Origin: Eledone cirrhosa
Lineage: Eukaryota
Reading direction: 5' to 3'
Assembly (NCBI GenBank): GCA_964016885.1
Contig: OZ024740.1
Span: forward strand, 45,074,001-45,138,000
Length of the DNA stretch: 64,000 nt
Both the position numbers and the translations under genes were made by a program. How positions within the stretch are numbered: the first letter of the stretch is position 1; each line of letters opens with the position of its first letter. Shown piece by piece: positions 13,291 to 26,520 of the stretch. A model generated the notes under the pieces. It worked only from the letters and a program-made list of their open reading frames with translations, had not been told where the DNA came from and ran no database searches.

Positions 13291-13459
13291 ACACATACTG
13301 GATGATTAGCATTTGTGAAACTTAAATACTAGTCAACTGATTTATATATCATATATCTCATATTTGAAGTTACCACATCAGTAAATGATGTTTTTTTTGT
13401 TTTTTTTTTTAACCATGGGTGATAACTCTATTTGAAAAATATAGCCATAATATTCATAT

Positions 13460-15925
13460 TAGGACAATGCGATTGATGAGTTAATATCTGTATACAACAA
13501 CTACAACGGTACGCGATGGGGCCTACCCACAGCCCCGGCAGACAGAATGGAGAAGGCATTTCCCATGAGGACGGCAAGGGAAACGCGCTGGAAAAGCCAC
13601 TCCAACTCGCGGGGTTCCCACCTGCAGTTGACCAGCTCAGCGCCTATGGTGGTGAGTAGGGAGGTAGCCCTGGGGCCGAGGACACCAGAAGTCTCCACTG
13701 CTAGGAGTATGACCGCAAACCTGTTGGAGAGCGATCGGTATTTGAGGAGTTTGGCCCCCTCAGCCCGACGTGCAGCAGAACCTGGGTCAGTCGCAGACTG
13801 CACCAGGCTGCAGCTGCAGAAAGTGTCGGTGCAAGTGGCATCCCAGACGGGGGGTTTGCCACCGCGGAACGGGAAGATCGTCATGCCATCTGGCCTTTTT
13901 CTGTCCCCTCGATCCAGCCCCACTGTCTCGAGCTGGGAGGGAAGCCTGCAGTGTCCAAGCCATGCTTAGTGACCTCGTTGGGGGCAGCATGGCGTTGAAT
14001 GCAGCCGGCACTGTGGCGACAGGAAAGTGGGTGGAGGCTGAAAGAGTCCACGGTGGAACCGCAACGACATTGGTGTGGCTGGCAGATCCGGAGGCCGAGC
14101 CTCAGGGAAACGCCGATTTGCAGGCTATGGTTGTCTAGCTGCGTGCCAGTGGAGAAGGAGGACAGGGCATGGAGCCAGGAACCACTGTGGGGTTTGGAGG
14201 CCGCACGAAAACAAGCAAGGCGGTGCCGGTCGAGCTGACGCGTGATCCTGTCTGAGGACAGGCTGCACTGGATGGCATCCCAAGTGCGTTGGGGGGACTT
14301 GACGTCAACAGTGGGAGAAGGAGGAGGGACGTCTACTGGGCTAAGTCCCAGTTGGTCCCATGTCTCACAGGCGGCCTCATGTTCTCTGAACACAGAGGGT
14401 TCTGTTGTGCTTTGAAGAACCCTGCTAATGAGGACGCGGCACAAGGTTACCGACGAAAGATACGCCGGCAAAGCTAGTGAGATCGGGAACCAGAGGCCAA
14501 GGCCGCCATACCTGACAGGTAAAGTGGCCTGTTGCCACCCTATGTCATCAAACTTGACGTTGCATATCGCCTCGGCTGCTATTCGGATTCAAGTATCAAG
14601 GTCAGCGAGGATAGATGTCTGGATGTAACATGGAGCGCTGCGGAGTGTATAGAGGAGCTTCAGCATGGCAAAGCAGTTCCTCAGCAGAAAGAGAGCTGGG
14701 TGGCCGTCAATCAAGCCAGTCAGCTCGTGAGAGTCTGGAGCTGTTGAAGCCTGAACCTGATGGTGGAGCGGATGGCAGGCGGGTGGATCGGTGACCCGAG
14801 GATGAGGACATCCTTTTTGGGGGTCACCTGAACCTGGCGGAGAATGGACCGCACATCCTAGATGGAGGCTGCAAAGCTCGCAGCATCGAGGCTGACGTTC
14901 ACCACCTCCGACTTGGCCAAGTTGACCTGGAGGCCGATTCCCCCCAGGGCAGGAACCACCGATTGAAGGTTATGGCAGACCATCCGTATGGGCCCGCCCA
15001 ACGTAGCATCATCCAGATACCAAACATTGGACCCCAGTAGCCAAGGGTATGACCGTATCAGCAGCAAGGAGCATGCTCGGGGCTCCATATGACAGGTAGG
15101 CCAGCTGGTAGGCAGATGGGGCTCGGCTGAGGCAGGCCTCGAGCAGATGATCCTGGCGTAAAGAGTTGAAGGCATTCCTCATGTCAAGGTTGACAATGAG
15201 GTGCCTGGGGTCCCTGGATGCTGGTTCCGATGGGCAGCTGTTGAAGAACTGCCTGGTTGCATGAGCGGCCCCCTCACAGCCACCGGACACACCGACACCC
15301 AGTTGCACCGGACTAAACTCCCCATCCAGTTCGTGTGTTACGGACTTGCAGATCACCTTGGCAGCCAGCCTCTGGAAGACATTGCCTGCAGCAATGGGGC
15401 GTATGCCACCTTCTTTCTTCCTGAGTGCGGTGAGGCTGGCCGAAAAAAAAGGCCTCAGGCGTAAGGGTCCAGGGCACCATGGATGAGCCTATTGGTGAGC
15501 GCCACAATTGCACTCAGAAGGCAGCGCCCGGCCTCAGCGGAGAGGGGGAATGTCATCTCCTTGAGGTGGCTTGGTCGGAGACCATCAACACCTCCGCAGT
15601 TGCTAGCTGGGAAGGACCTGATGGTGGACATGATGTCTGCATCAGTAGCCACAAGGAGCAAGTGGGGTTCGGGTGGGGGTATGGGTCTGAGATCAGTGGG
15701 TGGCTCAGGGTGTTTGAGCCGCAGAGCAGCCAGAACCTCCTCGGTGGGTTGGAGGGCAGTGTCCTCTGAGGCAACAACTCTGACTGAGGCCGAGACATCA
15801 CCCATGATAAGCTTGGCATTTACCTGGTCACGTAAACGCTTGGCGCTGGCCTCGGGGGTGGAAGATAGGGGGTACTCAGGTAGGGTGTGTGGCGCCCCTG
15901 GGCACGCTTGGAATACAGCCCAAAG
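13460..15925 (-). mobile_element. Decayed CRE-like non-LTR retrotransposon (RT + restriction-like endonuclease)
   Basis: GC-rich block. RT motifs GGVDGLRPSHLK, QLGVGVSGGCE, LDMRNAFNS, WYLDDATLGG; zinc knuckle CRCG..HPLSC; RLE motifs KRPDG..WDATC..AEGAKLLKY..LAVETSG; several frameshifts. Confidence 0.85.
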
Positions 15926-16317
15926 TTATTGTGTGAATGTATAATATACATATACTATGTTTATAAAATCAGGTAGAATTTTAGAATAAAGAGTACCCTC
16001 CAGTAACACTTAATATTGTTTTCAAATATTTCTGTTTCAAACATCAGAGATATTTTCAATTTGTCTCATTGCTTATCCACTAGGTGTTTTGAAATGCAAT
16101 AATTGGCCGTGAGCTTTTATTGTTTACATATTTTCAAGGGTTTCACAGTAATGTTTTAAACATGTGATAAGAATACTGCAAAAAAAACTAAAAATTCTTT
16201 TTTTTTTCTTTAAATCTCGTCCACTATGTGAATCTCTGAGATCATGACAACTCGTCCAATCAATGCGTAACATCATGATGATATACATATAGTAAAAATC
16301 ACATTTAATAAACTCAC

Positions 16318-16584
16318 CTTCAACTATCAACTTAGCAGTAGTTGACACATTACCAATGGTACAAGAGTACTCTCCATAGTCTTCAAACGTGACTCTACGG
16401 ATTATAAGTTTCTGAATTCTTTTCTCAGTTACTATTTGAATCCTTTCATCATTTACCAATTTAACTCCATTTCTGAACCAGTCTACTTTCACATCTTCTT
16501 TTGATAATTCACAAACAAATGTGGCAGTTTCCTCTTCTTTAACCTTTAGATCTTCAAGACGTTTTGTGAATTCTGGTTTGATTT
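16318..16584 (-). CDS. Ig I-set exon (267 bp)
   Basis: ttgtAG|AAATCAAA...GAAG|GTGAGT; IKPEFTKRLEDLKVKEEETATFVCE...EDYGEYSC. Confidence 0.93.
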
Positions 16585-17818
16585 CTACAACAAATCAGAA
16601 TATATATTGTATTTAAACAATCATTGCTGCATATAATTGTGTATATGGTGCACCTTCATTTTACAGAGTACATTTATAATGTGCCATATAATTTGCATTT
16701 CATTGGTTAGTTTCAAATAGAAGAAATCCCACAACATTGGCTTTAATTGCATGAATCAAGATTGTATCTGTAGATTTCTCACTATTATAAATGTAGTATA
16801 TTTTCTTTCATTTTGTATGAAAACAGAATTTTGAAACTTTAATGAAACTGAATTCTACTTTATGACCTGGCTGTTCAAAACCAGTCAACAAGAGACACTG
16901 ATTGCTTGTCTACAATTGAGAGATGATGAACCTAGATTGCAACTTTATAATTATTTTTAATTATTTAACATAAGATGAAGAGGCAGCACCTATAAGCTGC
17001 CCTGGCTCATGAGAGCAATGCAGTTAATGTTTAGTTTGAAATTCTTCACAGGATCCTATGGGAGAAACATACAAACGAAAAGATCCAAAAAGTTATATTT
17101 TTGGAGGCAAGACTAATATGAAGTATTTAATGTACATTGTGGGTAGTAAGAAACAGTAACTATTATGAAGTGGAAGATATGAGTGCATAGGGTTAACATG
17201 GTGAACAAATTGCTAATTCAGAGAGCAAGAGTCATTATAGTAACAGAAGATACATTGCTCAATAGGTTGTTTGTAGGAAGTAAAGCTTTGCTAATCAATC
17301 AGATTGCCTTTTTCTTGTATTATTAGAAATGTTTGTCAGTCTAGCAACTGCACCATCCTAGATACGTAAGCAGTACGCTAATGATGATTGTGCTTAAGCT
17401 TTTTAAAAGGTCGGCAATTATTCGGCTCTGAAATATTTTCTGATCCAAAATGAAAGCCTGAACTTTTGATGCAGGCTTAACAATGTTAATGCATATAGTT
17501 GTCACAAACAAACACCACAAAATGTAAATCTCAGTAATTGGAACATGTTTGAAGGGTTTAGCTGTGTTGTGTTCATGAAGATGCTGGTTGTAGTGTGGCA
17601 AGACTGCTTTCTTGATATCTATAGTGAACTGTATTTTAGTGATGTTGAATGAGCCTTTGCTATCATATCACACTGTCAAGGGGCATTTTTTGTAACCAGT
17701 AATTTCAAATGTTGTTTATTACTAGGATATGTTCTACTCCTTTTCTACACAGGTTTTCTGCATGTATACAGACAGACAGACAGGTAGATAGATATGTTTC
17801 TTTATTATCCACAGTAGG

Positions 17819-17879
<61 letters not shown>

Positions 17880-17880
<1 letters not shown>

Positions 17881-20240
17881 TGTTTCTTTTATTTGCCACT
17901 AGGGCATCAAAAGTGGGACAAGTACAAAGGGGGGAGTTTACACAAAAAGGCGTCCTCAATAAGGAGGAGGCAATAACAATATATAAAAATAAAATAAAAT
18001 ATAACAAAAAATAAAATTTATAACAAAGTCTTCAATAGAGAGGAGGCGCCTTGGGGGGTCGCACACACCCCCGAAAAAAAGTGTGCAGCCCTTTTCCTCG
18101 GGAGCACAGAGAAGGGGTGCTCCCTTGGTCTTTCATCTTCCTCACCTATAGTCTGATGTAGAGTGAAGGCCCATTCACACGGGCCATTCTCGCCACTTTC
18201 ACTCATCTTTCATAAAAACGGCTGGGGTGCAGCACCTCTCTCTCCATCCTGATCCTTCTTCCGAAATGATAACGGAAGAAACGGACCAGTTGTTGGCCAG
18301 AGAGAAAGGTGTCTGACCTCAGTCCTTTCAGACGCGTCCACCATACAACCTTTTTCGCCATGGCTATTACGCACAGAAACACCGCCTCTTCTTCGTTTTT
18401 GAAGAGGGGAGGTGGCTTTATTGTTACAATAGACTCGGTGGTCAACCGGATCGGTCCCACCCTTGACAGCAGTTGTTCGACATAGCCCCACAGATCGGCA
18501 ATGCCCGAGCAGTGTACCAATGCGTGTGCAACGGTTTCCTCGTCGCACACGCATCTGGGACAGATCTTTTTCGAGGGGTCCCTACCCGGGCGCCCGTGTC
18601 TGTAGAGCCTTTCTCGAACGGGCAGAGCCCTTCTGTAGCATTGCCAGGCCAGGGACCTCTGGAAGTTATCCATGGGTCCCGGGCTGAATGTCCTACCGAA
18701 CAGGTTGGCCAGTTTGTCTTCCTCCATGCCTAGGGCTTCTCCGAGGGCGTCGTCGCACCTGCTAACCACCAGCCCTCTATAGAATGTCGAGGTGGATTCT
18801 CCACTGACAGCCGGGTCCGCCTGCCAGAGAGCCGTGAGCGCCTGGGCACACTCGGTGTGCCAGGCGCCCAGTTTTCTCGGTCTTTGCTTGACCCAGGATT
18901 GCAGCTCGGTGAGTGAGACGAGTCTGGGAAAGGCTCGCCTCACAAACGGGGCCCACACCGGTTGACCGGAGAGGAATACCTGAAGGTGCCGTAGCCTTAA
19001 TGCGTGTTTACGTATCATTAGCCACGGCATCCCCAGCCCTCCTTTCGAAGGGTGTTGACAGCAGATGGATCTCCTCACCATAGGAGCCCGCTTCTTCCAA
19101 AGGAATTGGAAGAGTGCGCGCTCCATTTTGGCGAACGTTTCCCTTGGGCAAGGCACAACGGCCAGGCGGTAGTAGATGACGGACGCTATATAAGTGTTCG
19201 CCACCTCCGCCCGACCTTTCAGGGACAGTTTGCACTCGGCCCACTTCTGGGTCAGTGCAAACACCCTGTTCGTTACCTCACCCCAGTTCTTCTCCACCTG
19301 GAGGTCTGGTCCGAACCAGACCCCGAGCAACTTCACCGGGCCCTCCGTCCAGCGCCCGACGACGCCATCGGAGGGCATCGATCTACCCCTCCACATGCCG
19401 AGTTGCAGACCAATCGACTTGTCCCGGTTCAGCTTAGCCCCTGTAAACATTTCGTACTCCTCCAGTAAGGTGCCGATCGCCCCGATTTCCGAGGCCGTCG
19501 ACACCATTACTGTTACGTCATCGGCGTAGGCTGACACCGCTTTCCGCAATCCCGGTTCCAACGGGATGCCCTGCAACAACTCCAACTTCCGCACAGTGGC
19601 TCTAGAGTCATTACATACAGAAGGGAGGAGAGAGGGCACCCCTGTAGGATGGACCGCGCGATTTCGAACGGCTCCGAGAGGTAGCCGTTCACCTTGACCC
19701 TAGAGCAGATGCCGCTGCTGTTAATGGCATTGATCCAGCCCCTGAAAAGGGGTCCGAAGCCTGCCGCCGCTAGCACCGCATCCAAGTAACCATGGTCGAC
19801 CCTATCGAATGCCTTAGATTGATCCAAATTGATCAGGGCCCCACCAAAGCCGGGTTCGTTCCCAACCCTCTCTATGATGTATCGCATGAGGTGGAGGTTG
19901 TCGTGGATGGACCTGGACGGGATAGCACATGTCTGCGCATCTCCCACCAGGTTGCCCACGACAAGCGCCAACCTCTTTGCTAGCACCTTGGCCAAAATCT
20001 GTAACTCTGTATTTAGCAGAGTTATGGGCCTGAAATTATTTATAACGTCCCCCTTGTTCTCGTCCTTCCTCACTAGCGTGACTACACCCTTGGTCACAGC
20101 ACAGGGAATTCTCCCGTTCTGTTGCCAGTTGCAGTAGACCGCCTCGAGGAGTTCGGGGAACAAGTCCGGCATAGCTAGATATAGTTCGTATGGAAGACCA
20201 TCGAGACCCGGGGATTTGCGTTTGCCGCATTGGCTCAGCG
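17880..20240 (-). mobile_element. 5'-truncated Tx1/L1-clade LINE (RT + CCHC finger) inside (GATA)n
   Basis: KSPGLDGLPYE, NFRPITLLN, LDQSKAFDRVDH, QGCPLS, AYADD, CPRC..ETVAHALVHC; one frameshift near 19600; 3' AATAAA abuts (TATC)n. Confidence 0.9.
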
Positions 20241-20313
20241 ATAGAGATAGATAGATAGATCTCATTATTAGCCACAAGGGCGCAACAAGAAAGGGGACAA
20301 TACAAAGACATAG

Positions 20314-20357
<44 letters not shown>

Positions 20358-20358
<1 letters not shown>

Positions 20359-20883
20359 TATTTCTTTATTAGCCACAGGGGCACAAAAGAAGGGGACAAA
20401 TACAAAGGGGGAAGTTTACATACAATAAAAACGTGTAAAATGTTATCACAGATGGAATTTAAAAGTTAGTCGATTTTCCCCAATAGAGGGAGACAGTTTA
20501 TATGGGTAACACAGACCCCGAAAAAAATGTGCAACCCTCATCTCCAGGAGTACGAAGAGCTTGTACTCCTTTCCTCTCCTCCTCCTTTTCCTCAACCTAC
20601 AGGCTGATATAGAGAGAAGGCCCATTCACTCGGGCCATTCTCGCCACTTTCACCCACCTTTCATAAAACTTGCTGGGGTACAGCACCTCTCTCTCCATCC
20701 TGATTCTTCTTCCAAAGTGGTATTTGAAAAAAAGAATCAGTTGTTGGCCGGAGAGAAAGGTGTCTGACCTCAGCCCTTTCAACCTTGTCCACCATACAAC
20801 CTCTTTCGCCATAGCTATCACACAAAGGAAAACCGCCTCTCCTTCGTTTTTGAAGGAGGGTGGCGGTTTGATCATGACAATTA
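20358..20883 (-). mobile_element. Second, shorter copy of the same Tx1-like family
   Basis: IKPPPSFKNEGEAVFLCVIAMAKEVVWWTRLKGLRSDTFLSGQQL matches the C-terminus of the first copy; flanked by (GATA)n on both sides. Confidence 0.88.
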
Positions 20884-21028
<145 letters not shown>

Positions 21029-21354
21029 TAGCTTTTGAAAGTCACTAATATTTGTCAACAATAATTGTCATCAATATTTGTCTCAATCATGTTCACTTAA
21101 AATTTTATATTCTTATATTTCATATTCAATATTGAAAATGGAAATAGAATCAAATTACTTGCCTTTTAACATCATTATGAAATGCAAAAATATTATCTTA
21201 AAATTATAATTTGATCTATTAGAGAAAGATAAGGATATTTCAAAAATTCATACATTATGAAAATCCCTAAATTCAGTGCTGAATGCAAATTTAACAGTAA
21301 TTTATTAATATATATTATGAGACTTTGCGATGTTTCTGAAAAATAAAAACCTAC

Positions 21355-21627
21355 CTTCAACGTGAAGTTTAGCTGTAGTTGATAATTCCCCAATAACACA
21401 TGAATACTCTCCTCTGTCTTCCAACTTAACTTCAGAAATAACAAGTTTGTATTTATTCTGGTCTGTAATGATTTGTGTTCTTTCATTTTCAACTAAGAGA
21501 TCTCCATCTTTTAACCAAATAGGATCAGGATATTCTATAGATGTTTCACACATAAATGTAGCTGTTTCTTTCTCTTTCACTTTAACTTCTGTAAGATGTT
21601 TTATGAATTCTGGTTTCACTTCATGAA
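21355..21627 (-). CDS. Ig I-set exon (273 bp)
   Basis: tttatttAG|TTCATGAA...GAAG|GTAGGT; HEVKPEFIKHLTEVKVKEKETATFMCE...EDRGEYSC. Confidence 0.92.
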
Positions 21628-22309
21628 CTAAATAAATAAAAATAAATATGAATGAGACAACATAATTTTACTTTATAGTAAACATCTAGTTTTGAAGATT
21701 TCATTTTTATGTGTTTTCTGTTTGTTTTGTTTTTGTTTTTTTGTTTTTTATCAAACACGGCAAAAAGTTCTTCCTTTATCTGAAATGAAATTCTATGGTA
21801 TTGGAGGTGATGGTAGTAAGGATTATAAAATATATATATATTGTGAAACTGCTATTCTGTTTGCAGAATATATTGAAACAATGTAAAGTCAGGTTCAGAA
21901 ATAATATTTTCAATCAGTGAAAAGAAAGAGTTTTATTTTGAAAAATGTAGAACACTTTGTTCATTGAAATACATGTTAATGTATGGTTGTAGGTTTCTGT
22001 TTCAGAACGTAGAAAAATAAGAATTTGAGAAAAGAACATGAAATAGAAAAATAAAAACTAAGTTATATTTAATAGAAATACATATTAAAAATATGTATTA
22101 AAAGCCATATAAGTACTCAAGTAAATATATATTTCAAAACATTTAATTTTTTATAGTAAACACACAGCAATGCAAATGTCTTTCAAGTGCCAAGAATTTG
22201 CTATATCTATGTGGTTGGGAAGTAAGGGAGAGATGTTATAAGTCCCATCTCACCTCATGAGAAATTGAAAAGTAGAAAAACATCCCCCTTTAAGTGATCC
22301 CCCTTTCCA

Positions 22310-22342
<33 letters not shown>

Positions 22343-22352
<10 letters not shown>

Positions 22353-22950
22353 ATATAAAAGACGTAAAATAAGAAAATTTTAAAAATTTAAAAAATTAAC
22401 TTACTTACTAAAATTTTCACTCCAACAAATTACTTATTTGTTGAGCAAACCTGCTAAAACCACTACTAATTTATTGGTGTGCTAGTAGGCTTCTGTCATC
22501 TTACCATCCCACTCCTACCGACTAGCCTCAGTGTCACGTGATTGATTCTTTAGAATCTGCCATTTGACCAGCGACAGCGAGCTTTTCAGTGCATGGAATC
22601 CAGTCCCCGCTAGCTGTTCCATCTACCGAATTATTATTATTTTTATATGAGTCCCCAGTGTCCGCGCATTGCCTGGAGACTTAGCTGAGAATAGACTCCC
22701 TGATGACGCAATGAATTCTCGACAGTTTATTACGTAACTGTCTTTATCCCATTGCAGAAACTAATTAGTTGGAGTGAAAATTTTAGTAAGTTAATTTTTA
22801 AAATTTTTAAAATTTTCTTATTTTACGTCTTTTATATTATTGTTCTGCATCCTCCTGCATTGAACCACCTAGGTACTATGACATAACCTGTGTATTTGCT
22901 GGCATTAGCGTACATCTGTACGCATATGTTAGTAGATATACTAAATTCTA
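22343..22950 (+). mobile_element. pLTR-like non-coding element with an inverted partial copy at its left end
   Basis: About 22345-22426 is the reverse complement of about 22768-22840; contains a hammerhead; flanked by (AT)n on both sides. Confidence 0.7.
22695..22775 (+). ncRNA. Minimal type-I hammerhead ribozyme motif, intact core
   Basis: actcc CTGATGA c-gcaatg...(gacagtt/aactgtc hairpin)...cattgc-a GAAAC TAATTA GTT ggagt; palindromic stem III; GUU site. Confidence 0.8.
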
Positions 22951-23227
22951 TATATATATATATATATATATATTGGTGGAAAGGAGGATCACTTAAAGGG
23001 GGATGTTTTTCTACTTTTCAATTTCTCATGAATATATGTATATATGTATATATATATATATATAAATATATATATGTATATATAAACATGTGTAATGTCA
23101 AAATGTTTGAAACATATATTTATTTCCAATAATCATATAATTTATATCTATTGTTTTTATACGTTTTACAGAAAATATTATAAAGTAAAAAATTAATTTA
23201 TTCATGTAACTTTTTAACTATTGCAAA

Positions 23228-23229
<2 letters not shown>

Positions 23230-23322
<93 letters not shown>
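23230..23322. repeat. (TG)n microsatellite
   Basis: Read directly from the sequence. Confidence 0.98.
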
Positions 23323-23326
<4 letters not shown>

Positions 23327-24900
23327 TTCCTATATTAGGTTTATATTTCTTGCAATGGAAATCTTCATCTTATTATTTTTTATATTTCAGCCAATCTCTG
23401 TCTGCAAAAAAGAATGTCTTTGCTACTGAAGGTTACCTCTCCATTGTAAGGAATAGTAATTCTTATATTTGAAATTTACAATAAACTGTTTGGCCTTTTA
23501 AGTAAGTGCAATAAGTATTCTTCATAAATCTATTCAATTTTAAATTCCATTTAATCAGATTTCTATAATTACACCCGAGACTATAAATAGCATTATTTTG
23601 AACTGAATATTGTTGAAACAAGTATAAATTGCCCTTAAATGTAAGCAGGCCTAATCAGAGGTGGGCAGCTGGACCAATTGATATGGGCCTTCAAGTTTGA
23701 GAGTGCCAACTCATTTCTAGTTCTTCTTTTCTGATATGTTACTGGTAAATACATCATATACACTATATACCACGACATAATCTATATATGTCTTATGTAT
23801 TCAATGATGATTACTAAAATACAATAATTTGAAATGGGTTCTTCTTATGATATCTGATCTGGACCAATTACCAGCTTTTTACATTTTACATCTGGCATAG
23901 ACCGACATTTTACATCTGGCCTAAACCCAACTGTAAGTCTAATTCTATTTGCACTGAAGACACTAGAAAATTTACAAAATAGCTTTTTAAATGCATACAA
24001 AATAGAGAATTCGTGTCTTCATATATTTGCCAACTTAAAGTAAAAAATAACTTCTACCTACATCCCTGTATAAAAATGGAATGAGCCTAGTTATATATAT
24101 ATGTGTGTGTATATGTGTGTGTGTGTGTGTCTATGTATTTGTTTGCAAGATTCTTAATGTGAAATTGTGTATTGAAACAGATATTGTTATATCCTGGGCT
24201 GGTCATTTTTCTGATTATACCAGTAAAAAACACATGCACTTTTTGATTTTTACTTCGGCTTTATTATCATTTAGTGAAATGTAGAGTGGAGAAGTAATTA
24301 TGGCATTTGTTTTGCGAAATCATGTGGCAAAAGACAGAAAGGACGGAAATTCGTGAGCATGTGTCAGCAAGCGGTGATGGAGAATAGTACAATAGTTATA
24401 GAAAATATAGTACCCTAAAAACCATTAATCTGGATACCTAAATATGGAATGTTATGCGATGAAAAAATGAAACGAAATTTCATTTCCCACTCTTAGTACG
24501 GCTGTTACTTAAATACAAGTATGTACACGTACATACATATATGTATACAGACGTACAGTAGTATATATATATATATACATACATGCACACATGCTTACAA
24601 ACACACCGAGCATTATAATAAATGTTCGGTAAATTCATACGTACATATATATATGTGTGCATGTATGTATATATATATACATACTACTGTACGTCAGTAT
24701 ACATATATGTATGTACGTATACATACTTATATTTAAGTAACAGCCGTACTAAGAGTGGGAAATGAAATTTCGTTTCATTTTTTCCGTTTATCGTTTTCGG
24801 TGCACCCGGCCGATTAACCCACTCGATATGCAAATTGGCTACTCAGCCGTTAATATGCATAAGGTAAGTATATACGTTCAACAATCTGGCAGGAAGGTAT

Positions 24901-24943
24901 ACGTTGCTGACGATAGCTAATAAGCTTGAAACTAGTACAGCGT
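24901..24943 (+). ncRNA. Minimal type-I hammerhead ribozyme, copy 1
   Basis: acgttg CTGACGA t-agct-aata-agct-t GAAAC TA GTA cagcgt; core intact; predicted cut after A24937. Confidence 0.85.
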
Positions 24944-25323
24944 TCCTTTGTCAGTGTTGAACAAACGAGCAACAATGGTTGCTGGACACTACGGCTTAAT
25001 ACGGGATGTTTGTTTACAAACACACCGAGCATTATAATAAATGTTCGGTGAATTCATACGTACATATATATATATATGTGCATGTATGTATATATATATA
25101 TACATACTACTGTACGTCTGTATACATATATGTATGTACGTGTACATACTTATATTTAAGTAACAGCCGTACTAAGAGTGGGAAATGAAATTTCGTTTCA
25201 TTTTTTCCGTTTATCGTTTTCGGTGCACCCGGCCGATTAACCCACTCGATATGCAAATTGGCTACTCAGCCGTTAATATGCATAAGGTAAGTATATACGT
25301 TCAACAATCTGGCAGGAAGGTAT

Positions 25324-25366
25324 ACGTTGCTGACGATAGCTAATAAGCTTGAAACTAGTACAGCGT
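25324..25366 (+). ncRNA. Minimal type-I hammerhead ribozyme, copy 2
   Basis: Identical to 24901-24943; predicted cut after A25360. Confidence 0.85.
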
Positions 25367-25669
25367 TCCTTTGTCAGTGTTGAACAAACGAGCAACGATG
25401 GTTGCTGGACACTACGGCTTAATACGAGATGTTTGTTTACAAACACACCGAGCATTATAATAAATGTTCGGTGAATTCATACGTACATATATATATATAT
25501 GTGTGCATGTATGTATATATATATATACATACTACTGTACGTCTGAATACATATATGTATGTACGTGTACATACTTATATTTAAGTAACAGCCGTACTAA
25601 GAGTGGGAAATGAAATTTCGTTTCATTTTTTCCGTTTACATATATATAAATATATATATATATAAATTC

Positions 25670-26520
25670 GAGAGTATTGAAGTTTGCTTGAAGCATTGTG
25701 GAATAATAAATAAATATCTTTAAGTCGTTTGGAAGCCTCGACAATGCAAATGGGTAAATCTTTTTATCAAACGCCTGCAACCGCAAATAAACAACCGATT
25801 AGAGAGAAACGAAATGAGATGGCTGGTTTAGGTTAACAAACGATGTAGCAACACACAACACACAAACGAGACAACTACACACACAGTAGCATTCCACCAT
25901 ACGAACATACTACACTGCCAATACAGAGGAACAAGGCAACTACACACGCACACATACACACACTCAAGCGAGACAACAACACACGCACACACACACACAC
26001 AGTAACATTTAACAAACAGGCAGAGAATGGACTGACAGCTAGCGCCACCCCACTCCCTCATTCGGCCGCTGACCTCTGCCCGACCGACCCCATTTCACGC
26101 GCACGCGCGCTCTGCCGAATACCTCAGATATTCAAAACAACAAACAGCGGAGGACGCGTTTCGCACCTGTCCGACAGATAACCTTTACCCCGAAAAAATA
26201 TAGGGACTATTAAATCTCTCCCAAGGTAACTCTCGTGTTGTTATTTTTATTTTATCCTTTATACTCTTCCCTTCTTTCTTCTACACATTTACAAATATAT
26301 AGGGACTATTAAATCTCTCCCAAGGTAACTCTCACGTGTTGTTATTTTAATTTTATCCTTTATACTCTTCCCTTCTTTCTTCTACACATTTACACATCTT
26401 TACACACCACGCATCTCAACGTACACCCACTTACATCTCTCTCTCCACCACCGGATCTTGTTACCCAGAGATTTACCCATTTGCATTGTCGAGGCTTCCA
26501 AACGACTTAAAGATATTTAT
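25670..26520. mobile_element. (AT)n-flanked non-coding element with inverted ends; same family as 38751-39173
   Basis: aaatatctttaagtcgtttggaagcctcgacaatgcaaatgggtaaatct at the left end is inverted at about 26469-26520; internal ~97-bp duplication at 26197-26393. Confidence 0.75.

Larger units (their letters stand above)
24461..25638 (+). mobile_element. Retrozyme/pLTR-like tandem array: about 2.5 copies of a ~423-bp non-coding unit plus an inverted partial copy (about 24461-24592)
   Basis: acacaccgagcattataataaatgttcggt recurs near 24601, 25020 and 25443; each full unit carries a hammerhead. Confidence 0.85.
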
